From Eledone cirrhosa (Eukaryota), in NCBI GenBank assembly GCA_964016885.1, contig OZ024741.1, positions 133,362,001-133,426,000 of the forward strand: a DNA stretch of 64,000 nucleotides. The letters run 5' to 3'. Under the pieces are notes generated by a model. The model saw nothing but the letters and a program-made list of their open reading frames with translations. It made no database searches and had not been told where the DNA came from. Position 1 is the stretch's first letter. Every line of letters begins with the position of its first letter. The position numbers and the translations under genes were made by a program. This document shows positions 42,303-58,100 of the stretch, piece by piece.

Positions 42303-42487
42303 AATTGTTTCTACTTTTGGCACAAAGCCAGCAATTACCCAGTGCATTACTGGTACTTTATTTTATCGACCCCGTAAGGATGAAAGGCAAAGTTAACCTT
42401 GGCGGGATTTGAACTAAGATGGCAAGGGCCGTAACTCTATGCGTCAAAGCATGGCGTCCGACCCTCTACCGATACTGCCAATCCATA
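42303..42487 (-). mobile_element. tRNA-derived SINE, full-length representative of the most abundant family (other copies ~4750, 5890, 14380, 15710, 15840, 19790, 26720, 27470, 28755, 34900, 48760, 51693)
   Basis: Minus strand: A box TGGCAGTATCGG, B box AGTTCAAATCCC, then aggttaactttgcctttcatccttacggggtcgataaaataaagtaccag. Confidence 0.8.
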
Positions 42488-43306
42488 CTAATAATAATAA
42501 CTATAGTAATGGTAATAATAACAACAATAATAATAAAATATAAATAACAAAAACATTCCCAAATATTATTGAACATATGTTTACTGTGATTATATTATTT
42601 AGATGCATAGAATATGGAAATTTTAATTAATGACTTGTTTTCTGTTAATTATTATTATTAACTTATCCCCTCCCCACCTATCCACTGTTTTTTGTTTTGA
42701 TTATATTTTTCACAAATTTTATAATAAAAATAATAATGAAATTATTGTGTACAGTGCTCAGGTGTACTACAACTTGTCAAATGTGCATGTATAGTACATA
42801 GAATAATATACAAATATCAGGGAAGTGAATAGTGTATGAGTGATGATATACATGTGTGCATGTGTATGGAGTAGGAATATTAGGTGTAGTGTTGGCGAAT
42901 CTCAGGAAGCATGGAGGTTTTAAAGGATGCAGTGTCTCGACAGCTAACAACTGATGCAGGTAGTTTGTCCGAAAGTCATGTGAGCTGTGCTATTGTCTGA
43001 CTTTGTGGGCATGCCCACGTGTGTTAGACACATGGAAATCAAAAAGGTGCTCAGGGTTGTTGTTGGCAAGATGGTTAATAATTTTGTGGGTGTTTACCAA
43101 GTCAGTTGCCAGACGTCGGAGCTTTAATGTATCCATGCTCAGGGAAGCAAGGCGTTCAGAGTATGGTAGATGCCTGATGGAGGATATTCACTTGGTTGCA
43201 TGTCTCTGAACAGTTTCCAAGCGGTCAATGTTCTGAGCAAGATAGGGGTTCCAGATTGGTGATGCAAATTCTAAGTGTGGTCGCACCATAGCTATATACA
43301 GCTTCA

Positions 43307-43527
43307 ACCCTTTAGCATTCACATTACTTTATATGTACTATTATATTTTCATGGTAAAGGCTTTATCTCGCATAATTATCTCACATAATATCAAATCTAC
43401 AAAATCTTGATATTATTTATTTTGAGAACAATACCGTAACATCAGTTTGAGTGACCAGTTACAGCCAGTTTCAACAGAAAAAGGTAGAGAATTCTGGCTG
43501 GTTTTGGCCGGTTTGAACATTAAAGCA
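43307..43527. mobile_element. Short piggyBac-like MITE inserted in the CR1 3' region
   Basis: tcaa|ccctttagcattc...gaacattaaagca|ttaa termini interrupt the CR1 coding sequence. Confidence 0.4.
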
Positions 43528-44374
43528 TTAAATGGATAGCTGGAGAGCGACTGACAAAGGTCTTGCTGAGTGATGCTAAGACACCCTCGGCCTTCTTGAC
43601 AATTTTAGAGACGTGCTTTATCCAACATAAATCGCTGCTGACCGTAATGCTCAGGTCACGTTCACAAGAAGACTTCTTGATATTAGTGTTGTGGAGGGAA
43701 TATGTGAACGCTGGGTTTTTACTCCCAAAATGCATAGTGGTAGACTTGTCCACAGTTAGTTTGAGTTGCCAGTCTGTGATCCATTGTTGCATTGCGTCCA
43801 GGTCAGATTGCAGGAAAGATCTATAGTGTTCAGGATCTGTCCTTTTTATCTCAAGGTTGATGTCATCTGCATATTTCAGTACTGTGGCATTCTTTAAGTT
43901 GGCATCTATGTCATCAATATATGCCACAAACAAAAGGGGGCCAAGAACAGATCCCTGTGGTATACCAGATGACATCTCATATGGTGAGGAATGCTGTCCT
44001 AGAACCGTGACTACTTCTCTTTGACTGAGAATGAAGGCCTTCAACCAATTAAAAAGATCATCCTTCACACCCATTGCAGAGAGTTTTGCCATAAGTCTTT
44101 TGTGTGGCAGAGAATTGAAAGCTTTAGCAAAGTCAAGGTAAACAACATCCACCCATGAGCCGCCATCAGTGATCCGGGTGATGTATTCAAGAAACTCGAT
44201 AAGTTGATCACAGCAGCTGGAGTTAGGGTACATCCAAATTGCGAGGCCCGGATAAGACGTGAGAGTTCCAGAAGTTCAAAAGCGTTTCTCTGACACAGGA
44301 TTCCATCAGTTTGGCAATGCAGCTAGTAAGACTGACTGGACGTGATGTTCGGTTGTAGCAAGAGTTGCCTCCCT

Positions 44375-45038
44375 TGTTATGACGATCACATCACCAGTAG
44401 AGTAACACTCTCTAGAAAGGAAGTAGCTGGAGTTACTTCCCGTTGTGGTTGCCTTTCTGTCCAGGGACCATATAAAAGGGACAGCTCAAAGCTGTCTCCC
44501 TCTCATTTGCCCTTTCGGCCAGGTGCGTTCGCCGAGGCTCTACTCTCTGGCAACCCTAACATGGTCTCTTGCGAGCTCACTTCAAAACGGTAACAAATAA
44601 CTTTACTTCATTTCTTTCATCTACTCTTGACATGTCAACCATTCTGCTCTACATAACTCAACCATGTTAAATAAACATTGTACATATAACTGAGTCTCTT
44701 GTTATATTTATACATCCCAGTAATTCTGTTATAAGTGGTGACCCCGAAAAAAGAAAAAAATGCGTGAATGTATATAAAAAAATTAATTAGCAGTACTCCA
44801 TTTTCGTTGGAATGTGTCGACCAACATTTCGAATACGCAGCAAACTTTATTAACAAACTAGGAAAAATATGCAGACACAGAAACGAACACACGCACATGT
44901 GAAAAAAAAAAGAAATTTTTTCTCAGCAAGCAAAATAAACAGAAAATTTTGCCTTGCACGCACGTGTCGTACAACAACTATGTGTCGCATTTCACTGGAT
45001 GTATATATATGTTTTTCGTTTCTTCTTACAACGAACAC
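44375..45038 (+). mobile_element. LTR plus tRNA-Trp primer-binding site and leader of an LTR retrotransposon, inserted into the CR1 RT
   Basis: Starts TGTTAT, has TATAAAA (~44471) and AATAAA (~44670), then TGGTGACCCCG (44736-44746). It splits CR1 between VIPVLK and KGGNS. Confidence 0.7.
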
Positions 45039-47807
45039 TTTAAGAACAGGAATGACACTGGCAGTTTTCCACTGTTCTGGAGTAACACCGTTGTTCAGAC
45101 AGAATTCGAAGAAGCGTGATAGCTGGTGCAGAAGGAAGTACCCACCACGTTTGAGAAGCAGGTTCGTAACACCACCAAGACCAGGAGAAGCATAGTTGCG
45201 TTTATTTTTAAGGTGACGTCGCAGCATTGCAGGTGTAAATTCCATAGTTGTAATAGAATCCGATGCCAGAGGTGGTGGAGACGGTACACTCTGGTCTTCA
45301 ATAGTGAAAATGCCTGCATAGCATTCAGCAATGAGCTGTGCGCATTCCTTGGGGTCGTCAGTAACATGGCTTGTGTGGGGATTGCGAAAAGGACCAACTG
45401 GAGAGTGAGGCCTCTGCTTTGAGTGAACATACTTCCAGAACACCTTACTGTCAAGGCTAGTTGCTATGCGCTGCTCAAATTGAAGCACTGCCTTTTTTGT
45501 CAACTGTTTGAGATGGTTGGATGATTTATTTCGCTTCTTCCTATTGATATCTGATTTATGCAGTTTGTACTCACGTTCAGCATTACGACGTTCTTTTCTG
45601 GCAAGACGGACTGATGCAGTCTCCCAAATTGCAATTTTAGAATGATTTTTCTGCTTACGTGGCACCGATACTGCACATGCTGTCCATATTGAGCTCAGGA
45701 TGTTCTGGAGTACAGTGTTGACATCTCCAGAGTCATAGAACTCAAGCCAGTTTGGACATTGCAACTTGGTGCAGTAACAGTTCCAGTCTGCTTTATTCCA
45801 GTCAAAGTGAGCAGTTTGGAGATGGTTGTGGTTTTTGTTACTGCCCATGAGGGATAGATTGGCAATGCTCATAGTATGATCAGAGTCACCTAAAGGTTCC
45901 TCAGTAGTAACACTAATAACCGTTTCAAGAGTAGTGGTGAAGAGTAGGTCCAAAGTGTTGTCACTTCTTCTTGGGACCAGTTCTAGTCCAGCAATAGCTC
46001 AAAGAAGTCATTTGCACTTGACGGCCAACGAAAGGTTTCCCAGTCAATCTCAGGGTGATTGAAATCCCCTGCAATAAAAACATAAGTAGCTGTTTTCCTG
46101 GCAGCAACTCTGAGGATATCACAAAGTTGAGTGTCCTGATGGTAATTTGGGGGACGGTAAACGACTCCAAGTAGCAGTGTTGACATGGTCATACGTATAT
46201 CGCAGAAAAATACTTCCTGCTGCGATTGGTTCAAATCAACACAAGGAATTGCCGAAAAATTTGACCGAACGTAGACCATTACACCACCACCACCACGATT
46301 AATGCGGTCTTTACGAAACAAGTGGTAGCCAGTTATGCTGAAAACCCCATCACATTTCCGTGACTGTAATCAAGTCAGGGTTGATACTTTTGACGTAGGA
46401 GTAAAAAAAATGAATCTTATTGCATAGACTACGTGCATTCAAGGACAACAATTTGTACCTTGATTTCAGTCTATGATTATGTGTAGGGGATGGCAGGTTG
46501 TACTGATTTAGTTTGCCAGAGTTTTTTCAGTTTTTTCACTGTCAGTTGTTGTGGGTACAGTGTTTTCAGACCAACTAGTATCTCTTTTCCATGTTTCACC
46601 AGCCCTAATAAACTTCCATATATGCCCATCATCACGTAGGCTGAAGCTTTCATGTTCTGCCAAGCTACGGTTTAAGGAAGCTGCAGCACGCAGCTTTGGG
46701 CGGACATCAGGTGGAAGACCAGGGCGTGTTCGGAAGGCAATCCGACTTTCACGCCTAGCTTTATCAGAGGTCAAAAGATATGAACGTGCCTCAGTTGAGT
46801 TCGAAAAGGACAGTCTAATTAGTTTGGGTTTCGGACCTGGTTGGCCAAGGCGTAGAGCACCCTTTGGGGGAGCACAGCCCAAGTCTTTGGATGAACTGGC
46901 AGCAAATGCCTGAAGATCTACTATATCTTCTGGTACACCAATGGCAATCACTTCATGGTTTACAGATTCAGTGGCATTCTCAATGCGTTTAGATTCGGCA
47001 AGAGGTACGTGGAGATTTTTTAACAAGCCACACCAGTAAGGTTCCACATGAACGCTTGATTTTATTCCCGCTTTTTCTCGGCTTAAAGCGGAAATCATTT
47101 GCCGTATTTCCTCAAACTCCGTATTGACGGTTGATTTTTGTTGTTGTTCTTCTTCTTCAACAGGCATGGCAGGGGAAGACACAGTCGTCGGTTGTTGTTG
47201 AAAAGTAACGGGGAAGGAAGACATGGGTTGCTGTTGTTGATGAAGTCGTTCAACAGGGGTAGTAGCAGAAGTGGTAGAGGAATACACGATCTTCGGTTTT
47301 TGTTGTTGTTCAGCAGCAATGGTAGAGGCAGACATACAAGCCAGGCACCGAAAGGAACAATTTGTTAGCTAGACCATTTCCCAGAGCCCATCCATCATAG
47401 AAGTATGGTGTCTCTTTTTCTGACCCGGGATCTTTCGAAACTTTGTGGCACATTGAAGGCAAACAGAAACACGACATCTGCCACATTCGACCCATCGATT
47501 TCGGAAGGAGTTCTCTGGTTCTGTACATAGATGACAGACGTGATTTTCTGGGCAATGTTCTATTTTGGAACATCGCCCAGTTTTGTTGCACACTTCATCC
47601 ATGGATGTCACAATAGCTATTTTGTCCTGTCTGCCTATCCGTACAGTATAACAAGATGTAAATGTAAACAAATAAATATGCTGCGTAAGTTTAGCACATT
47701 TGTTAACGAGATAAATGTTTGTTTATGTTTTGTTTTTGTATTTCTATTTCTGTTTTCCTATGTATTGTGTGTGTGTGTGCAAAAAGATCTGCACACGAAT
47801 ATATAAT

Positions 47808-49868
47808 CTCTCTCTATATAAAACGGTAGATGCCTGTCTGTTTGTGTGTATGATTTTTATGCATCTCCACATTTCTCTACCCGTGTTGATGATTTTTTTT
47901 TCAATGTGCTCCAAATTTACCAAGTCAGGTCAACGCGTAATCATTTTTGCCAAAAATTTCCTGCTTCTATGAAAAAAAACGATAAATCTAAATACATGCT
48001 GTAACCCTCTCTCTTACACGCTTCATTCCTCTCACTAATACCAACAAAAATCTATGAAACTACATACATGTTGCAACTCTCTCTCTCTATATATCACACA
48101 CACACACACATATATACATCTAAAGAGAGAAAGGGAGATGTAGAGAGAGAGAGAGAGAGTGAGATAGGTCGTTATACAGAGAGAGGTACAAGATAATGAG
48201 ATAGAGACAGAGAGAGAGAGGGAGAGAGAATGGCGACGAACGCTGGTTCACACACATACACACACACAAACAAACACATATATATATAAAGACAGAGAGA
48301 AAGTGACAGAGATCGAGAGAGATCTGCGCGTTCTTTATTGTTCTCCATTCTGTAGAAGAAGAGAGAGAGGGTATGAGAAAAAAGGGAGAGGGGTTTGAGA
48401 AAGAAAGAAAGTTTAAGCAAAGAATCGCTGCTTTCAACATTACGGGATCGTCTGAAACTAATAAATTCAATCTGTGAACGCAGAATTAAATATTTAGAGA
48501 AACATTACAACTGAAGGAAAACAGGAAGACGCCGTGAAGACGTTCCCTGGCAATGAACGGAAAAAAGCGAGGATAATACGTCGTTATGTTGAGCGGAAAG
48601 AACAATTTCATGCAAAGACGAGACCAAGTTTATGGTATAAATGGAGTCGTTAGACTAATATTCTATTTAAAATAACAGAATTATTTCCAGCCCCGGAGTT
48701 TAAGAATGATGTAAATAAAATTGTAAACGAAAAGGACAGAGGTTATTAAAATAGTTGTTTCTACTTTTGGCACAAGGCCAGCAATTACTCAGTACATTAC
48801 TGGTACTTTATTTTATCAACCCCCGTAAGGATGAAAGGCAAAGTTAACCTCGACGGGATTTTAACTTTGCCTTAAAATAGTAAAAGTAAATAGTGAAGAT
48901 TTAGGCCAGTACATACGTATGCGCCGACGGACATACACATACATATACATACGCACACACAAATGCATACACACACGCGTGTGTGTGTAAACCTTATACA
49001 TTTCTAGAGTATTTTCACCAAACTTAAGACATAAGTTACTTATGTACTCCGGATGGTCATGGGCACCTTCCTTTTTTCCCAGATATTGATTATAGGGCAT
49101 CCCGGCAGATAACCCCCTTCAACCACTTCCTTGGAGTCGACTGAAGCACTGCAGTGCAATGCAACAAAACGTCATAACTTCTGGAGTTCGCAACCGATTT
49201 TCACAAAACTTGACACATGGGCTACGTTTGTTCTAGAGATGAATGTGAAAGGAACTTAACATTGTAACTTTAACACAACTACTAAGCAGCCCCGAACAAC
49301 GCCGGGCTTTACTGCTATAGGCGATAAAGTTGTGCAGACAGACAGTCATGCAGAGAGGTGATATAGGCGATAAAGTCGTGCAGACAGAGAGTCGTGCAGA
49401 GAGGTGGTATAGGCGATAAAGTTGTGCAGACAGATAGTCGGGCTGATAGACGATGGAGGCATGTAGACAGATAGTCGTGCAGAGAGGTGATAGGCGATAA
49501 AATTGCATTTTTTTTTTTTTTTTTCCATGTCCATCCAATTTCTTTGTTTCAAAATAACTGATAGTTTGGTTACGCTGATGTTTTTCTCTGAGACAAGTGT
49601 TGCAATGTTTACATTTTCGATTTTTGTTAATAGATTACCAGTGCAGTTTTTATCCCCAGCATCCTCTTTTGTTTTAACATTCGGGTTATGGTTATGTTTT
49701 CTTAACTTCATAAGGCATACTGTTGGTTGAGGGAATATTAATCAAAAGTACCACATGAAAGTCTACACTGTAGACTCTACAGTTTTTAAGCCAAGAAAGG
49801 AACTTAACATTGTAACTTTAACACAGCTACTGAGCAGCCCCGAGAAACGCCGGGCTTTACTGCTAATT
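47808..49868 (+). mobile_element. Composite non-autonomous Helitron-like region with a duplicated 3' end
   Basis: 5' tctctatataaaacgg..tgtctgtttgtgtg. The 3' hairpin cccg.g.aacgccggg plus ctttactgcta occurs at both ~49290 and ~49838. A 46-bp tandem repeat lies at 49315-49500. Confidence 0.45.
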
Positions 49869-50632
49869 AAAAGGTGTATGTGAGTTAGAAACGAAGTCAG
49901 TGTTCAGAAAGATTTTACAAATGTACGTAAGATTGTCTCACACGAAATAGTGTGGTTTCTTTTCACTTGTGTGCGGTATGTATGTATATAAAAATCTGTG
50001 TGTATATTGTTGTTTATAGGTTTTGTGAAGTACTTACTGTGATCTATAAGGGATGTATTGATTTTTATTTTTCCCCTTTCATGTCCACACGTGGTTTATT
50101 GGCGAAAATCAAATCAAATATACTTCGTTAAAATAATTTTATGTTGAAGCTGGTACTAGTAGTCAGGGAACAGTCACAGTATTTGTAATAATGAATATTG
50201 TAATCCATCTGACATGTGTTAAAAGGTCAGTTTTTGGTGAAAATATATTTGGTTGGGAAGACATGGTCAAACGTACTTCCTTGTCGCCATTTCACTTTAA
50301 TTTATATTCAATAAAAAAAAAACAAAAAAAAAACTGAAAATTATTTTGATGTATAGAGAGGAAAGATCATTATTTATTGAATACGTTTGTATATTTAGTC
50401 AAGGCATGGGTATGACAAGGAAAATTAAGATAAAGAAAAGAAAAAACAAAATGGAAAAAAAGAGTTCTATAAAAGACATTTAAACTGTTGACAATGGAGG
50501 CAAGCCAAATATGGAAGAAAATGGAAAGAGTTCCATAAAGGATTTATGGTTACATCTGTTGACGGCAGAGGCAAACTTTAGCCAATTATGGAAGAAAAGA
50601 GGCAGAGCTCCATAAAGGACATTTACATCTGT

Positions 50633-50985
50633 GGAGGCACATGGCTTAGTGGTTAGAGCATTAGCCTTGCAATCGAAAGGTTGTGAGTTCAATTCTCAGA
50701 CCGGGTGATGTGTTGTTTCCTTGAGCAAGACACTTTATTTCACATTGCTCCAGTTTACTCAGCTGTAGAAATGAGATGGAATGATAGGGACCCCAGTCCC
50801 TATCATTCCACTGCAAAGTGGTCGTGGAGGTGCCACGCAAAAAAAGCACCCAGCACTCACTGTAAATGAGGTTGGTGTTAGGAAGGGCATCCAGCTGTAG
50901 AAATCAAGCCAGAATCAGTTCCCGTCCCACCCTTGCAAGCAGGGAAAAGTGGACGTAAAATGAAATGAAATGATGAAATGAAATG
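50633..50985 (+). mobile_element. Young tRNA-derived SINE with an RTE-LINE-derived 3' tail
   Basis: A box TGGCTTAGTGG, B box GAGTTCAATTCT. The 3' end matches the RTE 3'UTR at 60750-60925; nearly identical to the 59944 copy. Confidence 0.88.
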
Positions 50986-52197
50986 ACAGTTGAGGCAAAC
51001 CTTTAGCCATATATGGAAGAAAAGAGAAGTTCCATAAAAGACTCACATTTAAATCTGTTAACAGCATTAGATCCTATAATGTATATATCTGTGTGTTTGT
51101 GTGTGTAAACAAGACTTGGTTGACTTACAAAGCATTGAGGAATTTGAAAATATAGTCGCCACAATGCAGATAACCACAAATAAGATATGATATGACTGAT
51201 TTATTGTTCATTTCATTATAGCAGCTTTCTTGGGATAGCTCTGTGATAGCATCCTCCTTTGATGTTGTAACAGTTCTGTGATGACACCTTTCTAATATAT
51301 GTTGGAGGTAGCTGTGTGATATTGTTCTCCTTCCATGTTGTAACAGTTCTGTGATGACACCTTTCTAACATATGTTGGGGACAGCTGTGATATCGTCCTT
51401 CCACCCTCTCTAATATATCAGCTACTCAAGGATTGCTTATCATTATGACAATATCTTTACTGACATGTGATATCATTATGACAATATCTTTACTGACATT
51501 TTTGAAATTAGAACTCTAACATCAACCCTGTTGTTGCTATTAGTTACAACAATCCTATAATAACAGTGGCATTATGATAGCCATGTTAAGACATGTCTTA
51601 GCAGAACTGCTCTGGGATCTGGATCATGATCACAGCATCACAGCCACAGTGATCACAGCACTCTAACCACAGCTCAAATGTGACAGTATAATAGTTTCTG
51701 ATATAGACTCAAGGCCAACAATTTTTGGGGAAGGGAAAGTCGATTAAATTCACCCAGTGCATTACTGGTGCTTTATTTAAACGACCCTGTAAGGATGAAA
51801 GACAAAGCTAACCTTGGTGGGATTTGAACTCAGAATGTAAAGGGACGTAACTATATGCTGCAAAGCATGTTCTCTGATGCTCTACTGATATTAGTAATCC
51901 ATCACCCTCAAATGTGATAGTATAATGGCAAATCAATGACAAATTCTGAGTGACGACAGTTTGAAAATGATAGTTGGGTTGACATTACTATGATGGACGT
52001 TGCATGCAGACAGCTCTGAATTTGCAGCTGTAATGACATTCCAAAAATAACTACACTGCAATAACACTTCTCCGATGATGTGATATAAATTCCATAAAAG
52101 TTAAATTTGTCTAAAAATAGTTTTAGTTGTTTTCACTTTTAAAGCATTAGGGTTAATGATGTCACTTAAATAATGACACATGGTTTCTGATGTATAT

Positions 52198-54208
<2,011 letters not shown>

Positions 54209-55189
54209 CTGGAAAATAAAAGATATCAAATAAATAATGATTTATTTCATAGCAATAATCTATGTCAATAATAAAAAGTATCAGTCAAGTACTGGTGTCG
54301 ATTTTTCCTCTATATCTCTTTCGCAATCTCTCTATCCTTCTCTGGAAGAAATCTGCTGTATTCAGACTTGGAGAGATGGGATCTGCCAGGTTTTAAAATG
54401 TCAATGTGGCACCCTTATGACTTCCCCAGGAGTTATGGGTTAAAAAGAAAAAAAGTAATCTTGTATACACACAACTGTAACATTAATTTACACACAAGGC
54501 CAGAAACAGCCTATAAGATGGCCCTGTACCCCCTACTTTTCAATAGTGCTCCTTTCAATTTAGAAAATAGTTTATAAAAAAAGCATCCTGAAATATATTC
54601 CTTGAAGTTGCAATTTTACTAACTTTTCTTCTTAAAACAAAAACAAAGAACAAAAATAACTAAAAAAAAGTTAACCAAAGAAGTTGGTAAAAAAATTCCC
54701 CTAGGGAATTAGAATGGCTACCCAGAATGTTGTGAAGCACCCTGAGCCCCAAAGCTTATGAGATTAGGTGTGAGCATTCAAAATAACAAAAACAACAAAG
54801 TATTTGATTGGTTGAATAGTACTTATTTTATTGACCTTGTAAGGGTGAAAGTTGAGCTTGGCAGTATTTGAAATCAGAATGTAAAAGTGCACTAATTTAC
54901 TGGTAATTTCTTATTGATGAGTATATCTTTCACTGACACACACTCACACACACATGCAGTGAGATCAAACCCAGAAATCATATTTGCAAATCAAACTTCT
55001 TAACCGCCCACACAGCTATGCCTGCACACAGGAAAAAATATAGAAATTCATTAAAAAAAAATGAGTGAAAATAGAAAGATCTCATTTTGTGGCCTTTTCC
55101 TCATCGTCGTCGTCATCATTTTTACCTTTCCATGCTGGCTTGAGTTAGATGGGACTTTTTATTACAATGCTTTATTGCCAGAGTGTTGC

Positions 55190-58100
55190 TTCTTATGACA
55201 TGTAGGGATACAGTGTATCTATTCTAAACCAGCTACACAGTCTTCTTATAACATGTAGGGATACAGTATACTTATTCTAAACCAGCTACAGTCTTCTTAT
55301 AATATACAGGGATATAGTGTACTTATTCTAAACCAGCTACACACAGTCTTCTTACAATATACAGAGATACAGTGTACTTATTCTAAACCAGCTACACACT
55401 GTCTTCTTATAATATACAGGGATATAGTGTACTTATTCTAAACCAGCTACACACAGTCATCTTACAATATATAGGGATACAGTGTACTTATTCTAAACCA
55501 GCTACACACAGTCTTCTTATAATATACAGGGATACAGTGTACTTATTCTAAACCAGCTACACACAGTCTTCTTACAATATACAGAGATACAGTGTACCTA
55601 TTCTAAACCAGCTACACACTGTCTTCTTACAATATACAGGGATACAGTGTACTTATTCTAAACCAGCTACACACTGTCTTTTTACAATATACAGGGATAC
55701 AGTGTACCTATTCTAAACCAGCTACACACAGTCTTCTTACAATATATAGGGATACAGTGTACCTATTCTAAACCAGCTACACACAGTCTTCTTACAATAT
55801 ACAGAGATACAGTGTACCTATTCTAAACCAGCTACACACTGTCTTCTTACAATATACAGAGATACAGTGTACTTATTCTAAACCAGCTACATACAGTCTT
55901 CTTACAATATACAGAGATACAGTGTACCTATTCTAAACCAGCTACACGCAGTCTTCTTACAATATACAGAGATACAGTGTACCTATTCTAAACCAGCTAC
56001 ACACAGTCTTCTTACAATATAAAGGGATACAGTGTATTTATTCTAAACCAGCTACACACTGTCTTCTTACAATATACAGAGATACAGTGTACTTATTCTA
56101 AACCAGCTACACACAGTCTTCTTATAATATACAGAGATACAGTGTACTTATTCTAAACCAACTACACACAGTCTTCTTATAATATACAGGGATACAGTGT
56201 ACTTATTCTAAACCAGCTACACACAGTCTTCTTACAATATACAGAGATACAGTATACTTATTCTAAACCAGCTACAGTCTTCTTACAATATACAGAGATA
56301 CAGTGTACCTATTCTAAACCAGCTACATACAGTCTTCTTACAATATACAGAGATACAGTGTACTTATTCTAAACCAGCTACACACAGTCTTCTTACAATA
56401 TACAGAGATACAGTGTACCTATTCTAAACCAGCTACACACAGTCTTCTTACAATGTGTAGGGGTGCGGTGTACCTATTCTAAACCAGCTACATACAGTCT
56501 TCTTACAATATACAGAGATACAGTGTACTTATTCTAAACCAGCTACAGTCTTCTTACAATATACAGAGATACAGTGTACTTATTCTAAACCAGCTACATA
56601 CAGTCTTCTTACAATATACAGGGATACAGTGTACTTATTCTAAACCAGCTACACACTGTCTTCTTATAATATACAGAGATACAGTGTACTTATTCTAAAC
56701 CAGCTACACACTGTCTTCTTACAATATACAGAGATACAGTGTACCTATTCTAAACCAGCTACACACAGTCTTCTTACAATATACAGGGATACAGTGTATT
56801 TATTCTAAACCAGCTACACACTGTCTTCTTACAATATACAGAGATACAGTGTACTTATTCTAAACCAGCTACACACTGTCTTCTTACAATATACAGAGAT
56901 ACAGTGTACCTATTCTAAACCAGCTACACACTGTCTTCTTACAATATACAGAGATACAGTGTTTCTATTCTAAACCAGCTACACACTGTCTTCTTATAAT
57001 ATACAGGGATACAGTGTACTTATTCTAAACCAACTACACACAGTCTTCTTACAATATAGAGATACAGTGTACTTATTCTAAACCAGCTACACTAAGTCTT
57101 CTTACAATATACAGAGATACAATGTACTTATTCTAAACCAGCTACATACAGTCTTCTTACAATATACAGAGATACAGTGTACCTATTCTAAACCAGCTAC
57201 ATACAGTCTTCTTACAATATACAGGGATAAAGTGTACCTATTCTAAACCAGCTACACACAGTCTTCTTACAATATACAGAGATACAGTGTACCTATTCTA
57301 AACCAGCTACATACAGTCTTCTTATAACATGTAGGGATACAGTGTACTTATTCTAAACCAGCTACACACAGTCTTCTTACAATATACAGAGATACAGTGT
57401 ACCTATTCTAAACTAGCTACACACAGTCTTCTTACAATATACAGAGATAGTGTACCTATTCTAAACCAGCTACACACAGTCTTCTTACAATATACAGAGA
57501 TACAGTGTACCTATTCTAAACCAGCTACACACTGTCTTCTTACAATATACAGAGATACAGTGTTTCTATTCTAAACCAGCTACACACTGTCTTCTTATAA
57601 TATACAGGGATACAGTGTACTTATTCTAAACCAACTACACACAGTCTTCTTACGACATAGAGATACAGTGTACTTATTCTAAACCAGCTACACTAAGTCT
57701 TCTTACAATATACAGAGATACAGTGTACTTATTCTAAACCAGCTACATACAGTCTTCTTACAATATACAGAGATACAGTGTACCTATTCTAAACCAGCTA
57801 CATACAGTCTTCTTACAATATACAGGGATAAAGTGTACCTATTCTAAACCAGCTACACACAGTCTTCTTACAATATACAGAGATACAGTGTACCTATTCT
57901 AAACCAGCTACATACAGTCTTCTTATAACATGTAGGGATACAGTGTATTTATTCTAAACCAACTACACACAGTCTTCTTATAATATACAGGGATACAGTG
58001 TACTTATTCTAAACCAGCTACACACAGTCTTCTTATAATATACAGGGATACAGTGTACTTATTCTAAACCAGCTACACACAGTCTTCTTATAATATACAG

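Larger units (their letters stand above)
42760..47690 (-). mobile_element. Near full-length, decayed CR1-clade LINE: ORF1 with PHD-like finger, APE endonuclease and RT, interrupted by insertions
   Basis: ORF1 region 46508-47671 (CHLC..WVECGRC..CLQC); APE RKDR..GGGV, VYRPPN, GDFNHP, DLLFT, SDH (45000-46350); RT DFAKAF, SGIPQGSVLGPLLF, YADD (43520-44370). Confidence 0.9.

Noticed and set aside
46508-47335. Stand-alone 275-aa host gene
   Set aside because: It lies directly upstream of the APE-RT ORF in the same orientation and is best explained as CR1 ORF1.
50633-50705. tRNA gene (also 59944, 15257, 29142)
   Set aside because: A and B boxes are present but there is no complete cloverleaf, and the sequence continues into a SINE body and LINE-derived tail.
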